From Eledone cirrhosa (taxonomy: Eukaryota): DNA of 64,000 nt. How positions within the stretch are numbered: position 1 is the stretch's first letter; every line of letters begins with the position of its first letter. Both the position numbers and the translations under genes were made by a program. Shown in pieces: positions 42,004-54,817 of the stretch. The notes under the pieces are model-generated. The model had not been told where the DNA came from, made no database searches, and worked only from the letters and a program-made list of their open reading frames with translations. The stretch lies in contig OZ024742.1 in assembly GCA_964016885.1 (NCBI GenBank), positions 268,894,001 through 268,958,000 of the forward strand, read 5' to 3'.

Positions 42004-42073
<70 letters not shown>
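42004..42073. repeat. (TAA)n microsatellite
   Basis: Directly visible. Confidence 0.98.
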
Positions 42074-42076
<3 letters not shown>

Positions 42077-43008
42077 CAATCTGTTTCGATATCGCTGAAA
42101 CTATAGCACACATACATTTGCAATCCACTCAGTTTGCTTAAAATGAATACAAAACCGTAGTCCATATTATATGGCAACAATTATTCACAGGAATATTCTA
42201 AAAAAATAGGTGTTGCATGCATGGAACAAACCGTACAGGCTATATGCTGCACGTCAGGGATCGATGTCCTTTAAATTAACCGAAATCAACCAACATCATA
42301 TTTTTTGTGTCTCGAATCTATTTGTGGTGGGGGTGGTTGGTCATTGAAGAGTGTTTTCATTACGCTTATCGTAATTCCTTCTTTGTTTTGCTTTGTAAGG
42401 TTTCATAAGGACAGAGCTAAAATGAGAAAATACTATACTTTTTAAGCAAAGAAGTCGTTAGAATTTATAAAGCACTCAAAAGAGATTTCCTTAATACAGA
42501 TAGTACGTATGTATCTAACTCCTTGTGGTTATCCCATGTACACAGTTTCTATTCCTGTCAATTTCCTTCCATCTCTTTCGTTGTATAGGTGTGAAGAATC
42601 ACCTACATAATGCTAAATTGTGATGCATTTATTCAATAATAAATCGTACTATTTATTGAGTCGTTTGGATGATTTTAAATTTGAAAGTGTTGAGATCCAA
42701 GAGTCATAACAATGAGAATTATAATGATAATAACGTTAGAAAATCGAGTAAAATACCTTTAGTAAAAGAAAATAAGTGGCTAGCATCAACATTATCAAAT
42801 CTGATATCAACCAAGAACCGAAATATCTTCTCTCCCTAAGGGTATATTACAGGTTTTCTAACTTTACTATGATTAACACTGTTTGAATATCAACATTTTA
42901 AAATTATATATAGAGAGAGAGAGCGCCGTACGCTAAAACTATCCATAGTACGAAGTATTCACAACCTCTAACTGGATTACCTATAACGATATTTTGATAT
43001 CCCCTATA

Positions 43009-43059
<51 letters not shown>

Positions 43060-43067
43060 CAAATAGT

Positions 43068-43117
<50 letters not shown>

Positions 43118-43134
43118 TATATACAACTATTTGT

Positions 43135-43170
<36 letters not shown>

Positions 43171-43181
43171 CAACTATTTGT

Positions 43182-43256
<75 letters not shown>

Positions 43257-43260
<4 letters not shown>

Positions 43261-43692
43261 GGAAACTATATTTATAAAACCATATTTATTTTATTATATA
43301 TATTTCAAGAGTACCAATACAACATTGGTACGCTTTCATCAGATAAAATACAAACTTTGTTTTATAAATAGAGACATACCCATGAAAATCATACCTTATC
43401 GGTTGGAAATTCACTGGATAGTGGAAATATATTAGGCATTATTCAAACTTATGCGTGAATATGAAAATGAATATGTAAATATAAACCTGCGAAGTGCGGC
43501 CTACCTGCTCAATTAAGATTCGGCGGGTGATGCGGCCGATGCAGGGGTGCCTATGCCCCGCAGCACAGTGGTCTTCAGCGTTGTATATGCCGGGTCTTTC
43601 TGGCGGCGTGTATGATTCGGACGTCGTCGCGTGTTAGATCTATGCTATTCATCGCGAATATGAGTGCCTTGTTCAGAGATAGATGAGTAGTA
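43257..43692 (-). mobile_element. internally deleted PLE fragment (RT piece joined to pLTR end)
   Basis: YYSSIS / [28 protein letters not shown] matches YYSSISDSLLNNALFF...DITTDEINIILTARKT at 48510-48854; HHR at its 3' end; lies between (TA)n tracts. Confidence 0.75.
43287..43350 (-). ncRNA. canonical type I hammerhead ribozyme
   Basis: tattttat-CTGATGA-aagcgtaccaat.gttgt.attggtactctt-GAAA-tatata-TA-ataaaata; 8-bp stem I, ~11-bp stem II, palindromic stem III. Confidence 0.88.
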
Positions 43693-43766
43693 ATATATAT
43701 ATATACATATATATATGTATATATATATATAAGTATATATATATATATACATATATATATGTATAT

Positions 43767-43849
<83 letters not shown>

Positions 43850-43948
43850 TTATATATATATATACATATATACTTATATATATATACATATATATACCTA
43901 TATATATATATATACATTTATATACCTATATATACATATATATATACC

Positions 43949-44010
<62 letters not shown>

Positions 44011-45151
44011 GTAAGATCAAAAAATGGTTAAAAGCGTTCCATGTATTTTATTATGCGCATTTCAAAAACAAATATCATCATGCGATGACATTTGCGTTTT
44101 GTCAGATAAAAAAGGGAGACATGATATGAAGGTTAAAAAACACTTGTTAATAGTGCAGTTTTAAATCAACATATGTAAAGTAGTTTTAGATTGATGTGTG
44201 ATATTGGGAAAAAAAATTGAGGGAGGAGATGAGAGTAAAGAATGGAGGGGAAGAGTATAATAAGGAAGGATGAGATAGGAGGAGAGATGGGTGATAGAGA
44301 GAGAGAGAGATAGCTTTTATAACGGGGAAAAATATATTGTTTTACAGAGAGAGGTTAAAAAACCGTTGGAAGATAATATATAAATTAAAAGAATTTGAAA
44401 ATTAACGAAGAGAAAAATTTAAGAATAAAGTTAAATTAAGGTGTGTATATTGAAGGGTTTAATAATATGTGCGATGAAAAGAAATTGTTAATATCTATTG
44501 AGAATAATATTAAGTTAAGGTTTGAATATTGAAGGGTTTAATAATATGTGTGATGGAAAGAAATTGGGGATATGTATTATTAAAAAAAATAAAAATAAAA
44601 ATAGTAATATAATTAAGGATATATTGTGAAAAGAAGTAGAAGAGTGGATACATTAATAAATAGTTTGTTTACAAATGAGCGCAGAAAAGCAAAGAAGGAG
44701 ATAGTGTTTAAGGAGAAGACCTTAACATCAAAATATGTATGTTTATGAAGTATTTCCTAATGGTAATAATATAATGTAATACAGGAGATTAGTTAGGGTT
44801 TAAGTTTGATTTTATTGGTTGTGATGTGTAATATGTAGCAGTTAGAAGAGCATGAAAGGTAGAAAAAAATAATGAATTGAGGACGAATAATCTAACGTCA
44901 AAAAAAATGTTTATGTTACGAAGGATTTTTCAAAGTATTTAAAAGGGTAATAGTATATTTTATGGCCAGTGATTGGATGGAAGAAGGAAGAGTGGATATA
45001 TTGTGTTAAGTAATAATGAGAATTGAGAAGTATCTAGGAGGAAAAGGTACAGATTAGAGGTTAGAAATTAAAATAAAAAAGGAAAAAAAGGAAGAAAGGG
45101 AAGTGATAAATAGGAGTGATATAGAATTAGTAACTATTATTATATAATGTA

Positions 45152-46974
45152 CTAGCAGTAAAGCCCGGCGTTGCTCGGGTCGCTCAGTAGCTGAGTTAAA
45201 GTTACAATGTTAAGTTTCTTTTTTGGCTTAAAGTCTGTCTGCACGAATGTCTGTCTGCACGCCTAATGAAATTTACAGATACATATATTTTAAATAAACT
45301 TATATAATTTTTGCTTTTTTTTACGAAATATTTGCTTGTTTTACGTAGTCTTTAAATAGACTGGTTTTCAAATAAAAATATTGTTTTAAAAGGCTTTTAA
45401 ATGGAAATGAATCAAAACGGACGCTTAGTGTTCGAACTGATGAATTTTGCAGGTCAAAATTTTGCTGGCTCGACAACTGTTCGTGTATTGTGTTAATGCC
45501 ATTTTAAACGCTGAGAAAGCCAGCGTAATTTTTTTAATTTTTGCACGCAGAAAATGTAAACAGAACGTAAGACGCTGAATGTAAACAGAACAAAGGGAAA
45601 TAACTCGTCACTTTCGCTCAAAAATCGATACATTAGATTCGATTTCGTCACATAGGGTGGGTCAATTTGAAATATTTTTTTCCGATGTCTTCGCTAGGGC
45701 TCACTGTACAAGTATAGCAATTTCGGTGCAATTCCGTCAGAGATTCTAAGAGGAGATGTGTGCCAAAAATCGATAGACAGACAGACAACCACAGCTTTAT
45801 ATATATAGATGACATAATCAAAAACAAGAACTTATTTGAAAATTTATTTGACCGATGGTTCCGCCGGACCTTCATCTATAAGTGTAGCAATTTCACCGAA
45901 ATTTGAACGTACGGTTTAAGAGGAGATGTGTGCCGAAGATTTTAGTAGACAGACAGACAACCTCAGTTTTATATATATACTAGCAGTAAAGCCCGGCGTT
46001 GCTTGGGGTCGCTCAGTAGCTGTGTTAAAGTTACAATGTTAAGTTTCTTTTTTGGCTTAAAAACTGTAGTGTCTACTGTGCAGACTTGCATGTGGTGTTT
46101 TTGATCAATATTCCCTCAAACAACAATATGCCTTATGAAGTTAAGAAAACATAACGATAACCCGAATGTTATAACAAAAGAGGATGCTGGGGATAAAAAC
46201 TGCACTGGTTATTTATTAACAAAGATCGAAAATGTAAACACTGCAACGCAGATAAAAACATTAGCGTAACCAAATTATCAGTTATGTCTGTCTGCACGCC
46301 TATATCACCTCTCTGCACGACTGTATGTCTGCACGCCTATATCACCTCTCTGCACGACTGTCTGTCTGCACGACTGTCTGTCTGCACGCCTATATCACCT
46401 CTCTGCACGACTGTCTGTCTGCACGACTGTCTGTCTGCACGCCTAACGACGAAATATTTGCTTGTTTTACGTAGTCTTTAAATAGACTTGTTTTCAAGTA
46501 AAAATATTGTTTTAAAATGCTTTTAAATGGAAAAACGCTGAGAAAGCCAGCGTAATTTTTTACGTAAGACGCTCAATGTAAACAGAACAAAGGGAAATAA
46601 CTGATAACTTACGCTCAAAAATCGATACATTATATTCGATTTCGTCACATAGGGTGGGTCAATTTGAAATATTTTTTTCCGATGTCTTCGCTAGGGCTCA
46701 ATGTACAAGTATAGCAATTTCGGTGCAATTCCGTGAGAGATTCTAAGAGGAGATGTGTGCCAAATTTCGATAGACAGACAGACAACCACAGTTTTATATA
46801 TATAGATAGATGACATAATCAAAAACAAGAACTTACTTGAAAATTTATTTGACCGATGGTTCCGCCGGACCTTCATCTATAAGTGTAGCAATTTCACCGA
46901 AATTTGAACGTACGGTTTAAGAGGAGATGTGTGCCGAAGATTTTAGTAGACAGACAGACAACCTCAGTTTTATA
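45152..46974 (+). mobile_element. head-to-tail dimer of a Helitron-like non-autonomous element
   Basis: Units start ctagcagtaaagcccggcgttgct(c/t)ggg at 45152 and 45980; each ends with two (agac)n-...tttatatata modules; absent from the homologous right arm at ~50270. Confidence 0.75.
46284..46445 (+). repeat. minisatellite gtctgtctgcacgcctatatcacctctctgcacgact
   Basis: About three full units plus sub-units; only a short version is present in unit 1 (45233-45265). Confidence 0.9.
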
Positions 46975-47101
46975 TATATAATGTATAATAAATAACATTG
47001 AAATAAGGTAGAAAGATGGGTATATTTTTAAAGAAATATATATATATATATATATATGTGGCTTTGAGAAAAAGGATTTTAAATTGGTAAAGTATTAGAT
47101 A

Positions 47102-49190
47102 TTAGCTGTATACTTTATGGTATGTTCTGTGGAATGTATGCAAGCAGAGAGAAAACAAGTCAGTGCATCTATTTATTATAGAATCTAAGTTAGATATAAT
47201 GGTAAATTTCTCACATAAACAGAGATTACATGTCTTGGATAGAGAGGCATTCAAGCATGGAGAAGCAGAATAAACCTTCCTCCAAGAGATGTTATAGTAA
47301 ACATTTTTGATTTCAAGGACCATATGATTTCTGAGAGTGCCGTGTTGGTTCTTTTAAATTGGTATTTAAAAGACGAAATGATGATTATAAAGACGAGCCT
47401 TAAAGGAGGTGGAAGTGGAGCCAAAATAGGTAAAGGAATTGGTATCAGTTATAACTTTACATTCATAGATTAGGTTTTTGTCAAGACAATGGTTGTTGAG
47501 AGGACATTTATTTTTAACAGGGCAATTACAATTGCGATTAGAGAAATTAACAGAGTTATTAACAAGTGACCTAGTGTCATCTATAGAAGGAATTGGATTG
47601 GAGAAGTTATTTTCGATAGGAATAATAGTTTCTTGATTTAGATTGGGATGAAGAACATTTAACGAAGTTGCGTTTGACGTTGTATTTGGGTTTGCAGAAA
47701 TTAGCCTAGAGTTAACAATGACGTCGGGAGTACTATTACTATTATTATGATATTCAGTGTTGGAAGGAAGAGATTTAGTATTTAGTATTGTATTGTTGTG
47801 TTTAGAGATAATGTTGGAGATGTTGGAGGAGGTCGAATAGGAAAATGTTATAGTGTGTTTGTTAAATATTTTACTATCATATGTGAGGGAGGGAAGCATT
47901 TATTTAAGGCACTAAAGAATAATTTAGGAATATTATTATTAATAGAGATGGAGAAAGAAGCATTATACCAGATTATGATTTTGTATCTAGGTCTTTTATT
48001 AAAGTTATTGGAATGATCATGATTAATTATTCTACTGTAAGATCTGCTAGAATTTGTTTCTTTACTATATTTGATTTTATCAGGATAACCGGCTTTAGAA
48101 AGCGCGTTATTATAGTAATTATCGTTAGCATCAAAGATGTTTTTATTAGATGGTAGGTTGGATATTCTTTTTCCAATATTACTAACTATAGCATTCTTAA
48201 TATCAGTGGGGTGGTTAGATTTAAAATTAACATAATTTAGATTCTCAATGTTTTTATGGTCAGAGTAATATAGGCCAGTGTCAAGTTTATGAGATACATC
48301 CAAGAAATTAGCTAGTTTGATGTTGTTATCAAATTCAATTTTTAAGTTATGTTGGTTAAAGAGATTACGTATATTGTTCTTAATTATATTAAGGTTAACT
48401 ATGTTGCAATTTAAGATAGTAAAAAGTCCATCGTCACGATAAATTCCACCGCGAAGTTGAGGAATTTTCCGATTCAAAGAGTTCAAAATAAAGATACCAA
48501 TTCAATCTGTCAATTGGGATGAATCGGATGCTCCCATTGTGATGTCAAAGTGTTAGAGGTATCAGCGCTGGTCCAATATTCATTGTTGAACTGTACGATG
48601 GTTTTACGTGCGGTGAGAATGATGTTAATTTCATCTGTGGTGATGTCTGAATATTTGTAAGCAAAAAATAGAGCATTGTTGAGAAGTGAGTCCGAAATAG
48701 AAGAATAGTAGCTGGCAATATCAAATTGAATATATTTTTGTTTGTTTTTCTTATTCAATTTGTTGAACCAGCCAATCACTTCAGAAGTACCAAACCATAA
48801 ATTTAAGTTCGAAGTAGAGCAATTATAACGAACATGTGGGATAATTCTATCCAAGATGGCTTTGCTAACAACCCCCAGATCTGATTTAGAGGGGGCGATT
48901 AGTCTAACAGGTAGTTCAGTACGAAAGTTATTTTTGTGATCCTCGGAGTTCTTGGGAGGAATGGTTCAGTATTTTGTCCGATGTCAAGTTTTGACATAAT
49001 CTCAGAAGCTTCAAAGTGTATTGATTCTAAATTAGCATGGTTGGTTTTTCGATATTTTTTCCTAAGTTCCTTAAGGATAAGGTTGTTATAGTTATCCTGA
49101 GAAATACCATATAAATTATTTGCTTTGTCGGAGTGGACTAAAACATTTTTTGAGGAATTTAGGTTTAAAATCGTGTTCTTGAGATTTAGG
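47102..49190 (-). pseudogene. PLE RT + GIY-YIG ORF, disrupted
   Basis: IQFDIASYYSSI, GIYRDDGL, NFLDV, SNHP, IIWYN, CNCPVKNKCPLNNHCLDKNLIYECKV...YFGSTSTSFKARLYNH, CNLCLCEK. Confidence 0.9.
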
Positions 49191-50181
49191 TGCTCTTGTC
49201 CTCATTAGAATAATTAATCATGATCATTCCAATAACTTTAATAAAAGACCTAGATACAAAAACATAATATGGTATAATGCTTCTTTCTCCATCTCTATTA
49301 ATAATAATATTCCTAAATTATTCTTTAGTGCCTTAAATAAATGCTTCCCTCCCTCACATATCTATAGTAAAATATTTAACAAACACACTATAACATTTTC
49401 CTATTCGACCTCCTCCAACATCTCCAAAATTATCTCTAAACACAACAATAAAATACTAAATACTAAATCTCTTCCTTCCAACACTGAATATCATAATAAT
49501 AGTAATAGTACTCCCGACGTCATTGTTAACTCTAGGCTAATTTTTGCAAACCCAAATACAACGTCAAACGCAACTTCGTTAAATGTTCTTCATCCCAATC
49601 TAAATCAAGAAACTATTATTCCTATCGTAAATAACTTCTCCAATCCAATTCCTTCTATAGATGACACTAGGTCACTTGTTAATAACTCTGTTAATTTCTC
49701 TAATCGCAATTGTAATTGCCCTGTTAAAAAATAAATGTCCTCTACACAACCATTGTCTTGACAAAAACCTAATCTATGAATGTAAAGTTATAACTGATAC
49801 CAATTCCTTTACCTATTTTGGCTCCACTTCCACCTCCTTTAAAGCTCGTCTTTATAATCATTATTGGTCTTTTAAATACCAACTTAAAAGAACCAACACG
49901 GCACTCTCAGAACTCATATTGTCCTTGAAAGACAAAAATATTAACTATAACATCTCTTGGAGGAATGTTTGTTCTGCTTCTCCATAATTGAATGCCTCTC
50001 TATCAAAGACATGTAATCTCTGTTTATGTGAGAAATTTACCATTATATCTAACTTAGATTCTATAACAAATAGACGCACTGACTTGCTTTCTCTCTGCTT
50101 GCATAAATTCCACTGAACATTCCATAAAGTATACAGCTAATATCTAATACTTTACCAATTTGAAATCCTTTTTCTCAAAGG

Positions 50182-50220
<39 letters not shown>

Positions 50221-51282
50221 CTTTAAACATATACCCATATTTCTACCTTATTTCAATGTTATTTATTATACATTATATAATACTAGTTACTCATTCTATA
50301 TCACTCCTATGTATCACTTCCCTTTCTCCCTTTTTTTCTTTTTTCTTTTAATTTCTAACCTCTGATCTGTACCTCTTCTTCCTAGATACTTCTCAATTCT
50401 CATTATTACTTACCACAATATATCCACTCTTCCTTCTTCCATCCTATCACTGGCCATAAAATTTACTAATACCATTTTAAATACTTTATAAAAAATCCTT
50501 CGGAAACATAAACATTTTTTTTGACGTTAGATTATTCATCCTCAATTCGTTATTTTTTTCTTCCTTTCATGCTCATCTAACTTCTACATATTACACATCA
50601 CAACACATAAAATCAAGCTTAAACCGTAACTAATCTCCTTTATTACATTATATTATTACCATTAGGAAATACTTCATAAACATACATATTTTGATGTAAA
50701 CAAATATTTACATATATTAATGTATCCACTCTTCTACTTCTTTTCACAATATATCCTTAATTACATTACTATTTTTATTTTTATTTTTTGTAATAATACA
50801 TATCAACAATTTCTTTCCATCGCACATATTATTAAACCCTTCAATATTCAAACCTTAACTTAATATTATTCTTAATACATATTAACAATTTCTTTTCATC
50901 GCACATATTATTAAACCCTTCAATATACACACGTTAATTTAACATTATTCTTAAATTTTTCTCTGCGTTAATTTTCAAGTTCTTTCTATTTATATATTAT
51001 CTTCTAACGGTTTTTTAACCTCTCTCTGTAAAACAATCTATTTTTCTCCGTTATAAAAGCTATCTCTCTCTCTCTCTATCACCCATCTCTCCTCATATCT
51101 CATCCTTCCTTATTATACTCTTCCCCCTCCATTCTTTACTCTCATCTCCTCCTCTTTTTCATCCCCCCCCCCCTCAATTTTTTTCCTGAATATCACACAT
51201 CAATCTAAAACTACTTTTCATATGTTGATTTAAAACAGCACTATTCACAAGTGTTTTTTAACCTTCATATCATGTCTCCCTT

Positions 51283-51348
51283 TTTTATCTGACAAAACGC
51301 AAATGTCATCGCATGATGATATTTGTTTTTGAAATGGGCATAATAAAA
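51283..51348 (+). ncRNA. hammerhead fold lacking G8 (probably inactive)
   Basis: ttttat-CTGAC-AAAA...GAAA-tgggca-TA-ataaaa; mirror at 44046-44111 has the same missing G relative to the 14384-14450 homologue. Confidence 0.65.
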
Positions 51349-51471
51349 TACATGCACTCTTTTAACCATATTTTGATCTTATATATTATTTATACTCCAT
51401 TCCTACAAACTGTAGAGTGCTACTTATCCGATATCTGCATAAAACTCACCTCCTACAGATATATATATATA

Positions 51472-53400
51472 TGGGATAACAAGTTATCGTTACAGGTAAT
51501 CCAGTTAGAGGTTGTGAGTACTCTGCGTTGTGCATAGTTTTAACGTACGTCTTTGTTTGACTCAATAAGATGCTTCCATAGTTATGTAGCGAGTTCGCGG
51601 TAATTTCTATGCAGGTTATACTTGGAGTAATAATAGTTTAAGAATGAAGAGTAACATGGTTGGCTGTACAATAAGGCCTTTATTTAAAGTACTGACAATT
51701 GTTTCGTTGATCATGTGAGTCTAGAGTTCGCTAATCGCTTCAGGCTGCGTAATTCCATCTCCAATACATTATTTATCTCTGGCCAACACATGAGAGTACG
51801 TAGGTATGAAAATAATTCACTCAAGGCAAGATGTATATATAAAAATAGCGTGTAATCAAAACAATAACCTCAATAATAAAATAACGCATAATGAAAACAA
51901 TAACATCAATAATAAAACATGTATGTTAAATAGGTAGAGAATTACAGATGTAAAAAGTGAAAAGTAAAATATAAGATAGGGTACGTTAAAAAATAAGAAA
52001 ATGAGAAAATGGAAAATTTAAAGAAATAAATGATTGAGAGCTTGTAAGTACATAGTAGTAGTTTTGAGTAAGTGCTTTTATAAAGATTTGTTGTTGGGTT
52101 TAGTGCTAGCATGAGAAACCAGATTCGAGATGTACATAGTTACGTGTAGAAGGTCCGATAAAAGAAACGACAATAAATTAGAGATTAATTGGTGGATACA
52201 TCTATGATATTTATGGGCTAAGGATGACAGGACATTTGATAAAAGCTTGTTGAAAATGTTTTGCTGATTCTTCTATCTTAATGCGTTTGATGCTGTTTCA
52301 GGGAGAGAGGGTGGAAGAAATGTTCATAGATTTATGATCCAGTGACCAGTTGGTCGCTTTATAGATAATAGCAATGCGATGGTGTGTATTCGATATGTTA
52401 AAATCTAGGTGGTTCAGTACTAATTTTGGGATTGCTGATTCTAATCATGGTGGTTTAAAGTTTGTGAATCTAGTAGCTATTTTATGCCTACAGAAAATAG
52501 ATCTTTCTATTTTACTGTTAAGTAGCATCCCATCGTACCTTAAAATATGTAATAGTTCTAAATTAGAAAGCGCGCAGAGGGACATACCGTTACTGTAGGC
52601 TTTTGCTACCAACATTTTTGACCAGCTAATCTTATATTCTAGGTTTTTGTCATTAATCTCCCATATTTCATTGGCAAGCGTCGTAGAGTTCTCCAGTGCA
52701 CGGTTCTTCATGGAGTGTCTGTGGACGTAACACCTTTTCTTGAACTCCCCAGCCGTTTAACCTATGTTGTGCCAAGTAGAATTGCCTGACTTTACAGTAC
52801 ACAGGTATACCATAATCGAATCCAGGCATCTATTCCATAGGGGGCACTTATCCGGTAACTGGCAATTACAAATTGAGGTTTTATTTTGTGCAGGTTCATC
52901 ATTGCGGTGTTGTAAGTTGTTGTGGGTGGGTTTTATTTAGGCCTATTAATGTTTTGTTGGGATGCGTTCTGATGCGTTTGTGGCTGTGATGTTGTTATGT
53001 GTTTGTGTTTTGAATTTGATGCTATGGTGCGTGTTGGTAGGTTAATTTCTATAGAGATATTTTTGTGGTTGATTTTACGTATGTGCGATTCAATATTGGC
53101 TGCAGTAGAGTAGGAAAGTTTTATAGTTTTTCTATTGAAGATTTTATGGTATGTGTGTAGTGTATGGAAGTGCTTATCTATTAGGTAGAAGGTAGTTTAA
53201 TTTTTATAGAGGAGTTGAATATTGTATTAAACCATAAGTACTTTCAATCTCTGGATCTTCTATAGTTTTGGGGCGCCATTATATTAGTGTTCTGTTCGGT
53301 TATTTTTTGTGCTCGTTGTTTAATTCTATGCTTAGTCCTATGCTTGTTATTTCTATATGAGCGGGTAGTGTTGTTGTCTCTATCTAGACTGTATTCCGGC
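51472..53400 (-). mobile_element. old PLE relic (GIY-YIG remnant plus pLTR)
   Basis: CNCQLPDKCP..RCLDSIMVYLCTV...IG*TAGEFKKRCYVHRHSMKNRALENSTTLANEIWEI...CALSNLE...CRHK; degenerate HHR motif GAAA-caattg-TC at ~51694-51745 (minus). Confidence 0.82.
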
Positions 53401-53518
53401 TTCTAACCTAGACATTTTTAACGAACACGCAAACTATTATAACATAGCTTTACATAAGACTGGACATAAGGAGAAGCTGGAATACATACTATATACATAT
53501 ATATGTGTGTGTGTGTGT

Positions 53519-53561
<43 letters not shown>

Positions 53562-53630
53562 ACAAATAGTTTTATCGCTCTACATGGCCGAATATAAGAA
53601 ATGTAAATCTGATTTTCCGAATAGTAATGA

Positions 53631-53806
53631 TTGTTTCTACATTTGGCACGAGGCCAGGAATTACCCAGTGCATTACTGATACTTTATGTTATCGACCGCG
53701 TAAGGATGAAAGGCAAAGTTGACCTCGGCCGGAATTGAACTGAGACAGTAAATGACCGTAACTCTATGCTGCAAAGCATGGCGTCAGTCCTTCTACCGAT
53801 ACTGCA
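53631..53806 (-). mobile_element. tRNA-derived SINE
   Basis: Homologous to 28056-28242. Confidence 0.85.
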
Positions 53807-54346
53807 ATTAGAAAACAACCTCTTAAGCCGTGTGAGTAGATCAACCTCGTCATTCTATCTCTCGAATAGGGATATAAACAGAAGTGCAGACACTGATGTA
53901 TTCTGGTGATTAGTCTTCATCACTACCGTATAATGTATACCTGTCAACTGTCAGAGCTAGAGAAAGTATATATTTTCTGGTATATACAGTGATTGATCGG
54001 CCTTATTTGCATATTAGCAGACTGCCTCACAGTCAGATCTGCATATTAGCAGACCCAGTTAATATTCAAAAACTAAGATTTACATTTCTTGTATTCAACC
54101 ATGTAGAAAGATCAAATTATTTGTTAGTTATTTGACTATGGCAAAGCCGGCCATTAATCGCCGGTATACATAAAACTAACTGTCCTATCTGCTGGTATGC
54201 ATTTCTAGTTGATCAATGGGTCTCCTAGTATGCAGATCTGACTGATCATGTAGTCTTCTAATATGCAAATCAGGTCGATTAGTCACTGTATATTCCAGAA
54301 CGTATCTAATATTTTCAATAGCTCTGAGAGTTGGCAGGTAAACATT

Positions 54347-54393
54347 ATGGTACTGATGAAGGATATTCACCCAGAAACATTAGTGTCTGCCGT
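54347..54393 (+). ncRNA. type I hammerhead ribozyme
   Basis: atggta-CTGATGA-agg..cca-GAAA-cattagtg-TC-tgccgt; 6-bp stem I with G-U pairs, weak stem II. Confidence 0.7.
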
Positions 54394-54542
54394 TTTCTTT
54401 ATATGCCAACGCAAGAGAAAGAATGACGAGGTTGTTCTACTCACATGACTTAAGAGGCTGTTTGCATAATTGCGAACGAAAAGAATATTATTATTAATAT
54501 TCGAAAAACTCAGATTTGCAATCCTTGTACATACGTGCGTGC

Positions 54543-54544
<2 letters not shown>

Positions 54545-54621
<77 letters not shown>

Positions 54622-54654
54622 TGTGTGTGCGTGTGTGTGCGTGTGTGTGTGCGT

Positions 54655-54704
<50 letters not shown>

Positions 54705-54723
54705 ATGCGTGTGTGTGTGTGTG

Positions 54724-54816
<93 letters not shown>
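54545..54816. repeat. (TG)n microsatellite
   Basis: Directly visible. Confidence 0.98.

Positions 54817-54817
<1 letters not shown>

Larger units (their letters stand above)
44011..51457 (-). mobile_element. 5'-truncated and inverted PLE (Nematis-like, tentative) with ~2.2-kb inverted arms
   Basis: ORF remnants 47102-49190; 49205-51385 is the reverse complement of 48030-44011 without the 45152-46985 insert; tail 51386-51457; flanked by (TA)n. Confidence 0.93.
53558..54530. mobile_element. PLE pLTR-like fold-back interrupted by a SINE
   Basis: 53803-54060 pairs with 54216-54473; 53590-53630 pairs with 54490-54530; tail 53558-53630 also has an internal inverted copy at 54060-54130. Confidence 0.78.

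Noticed and set aside
53987-54288. Tc1/mariner MITE (TA-CAGTG...CACTG-TA)
   Set aside because: The inverted repeat extends hundreds of bp beyond these positions and includes an HHR, so it is part of a PLE-type fold-back
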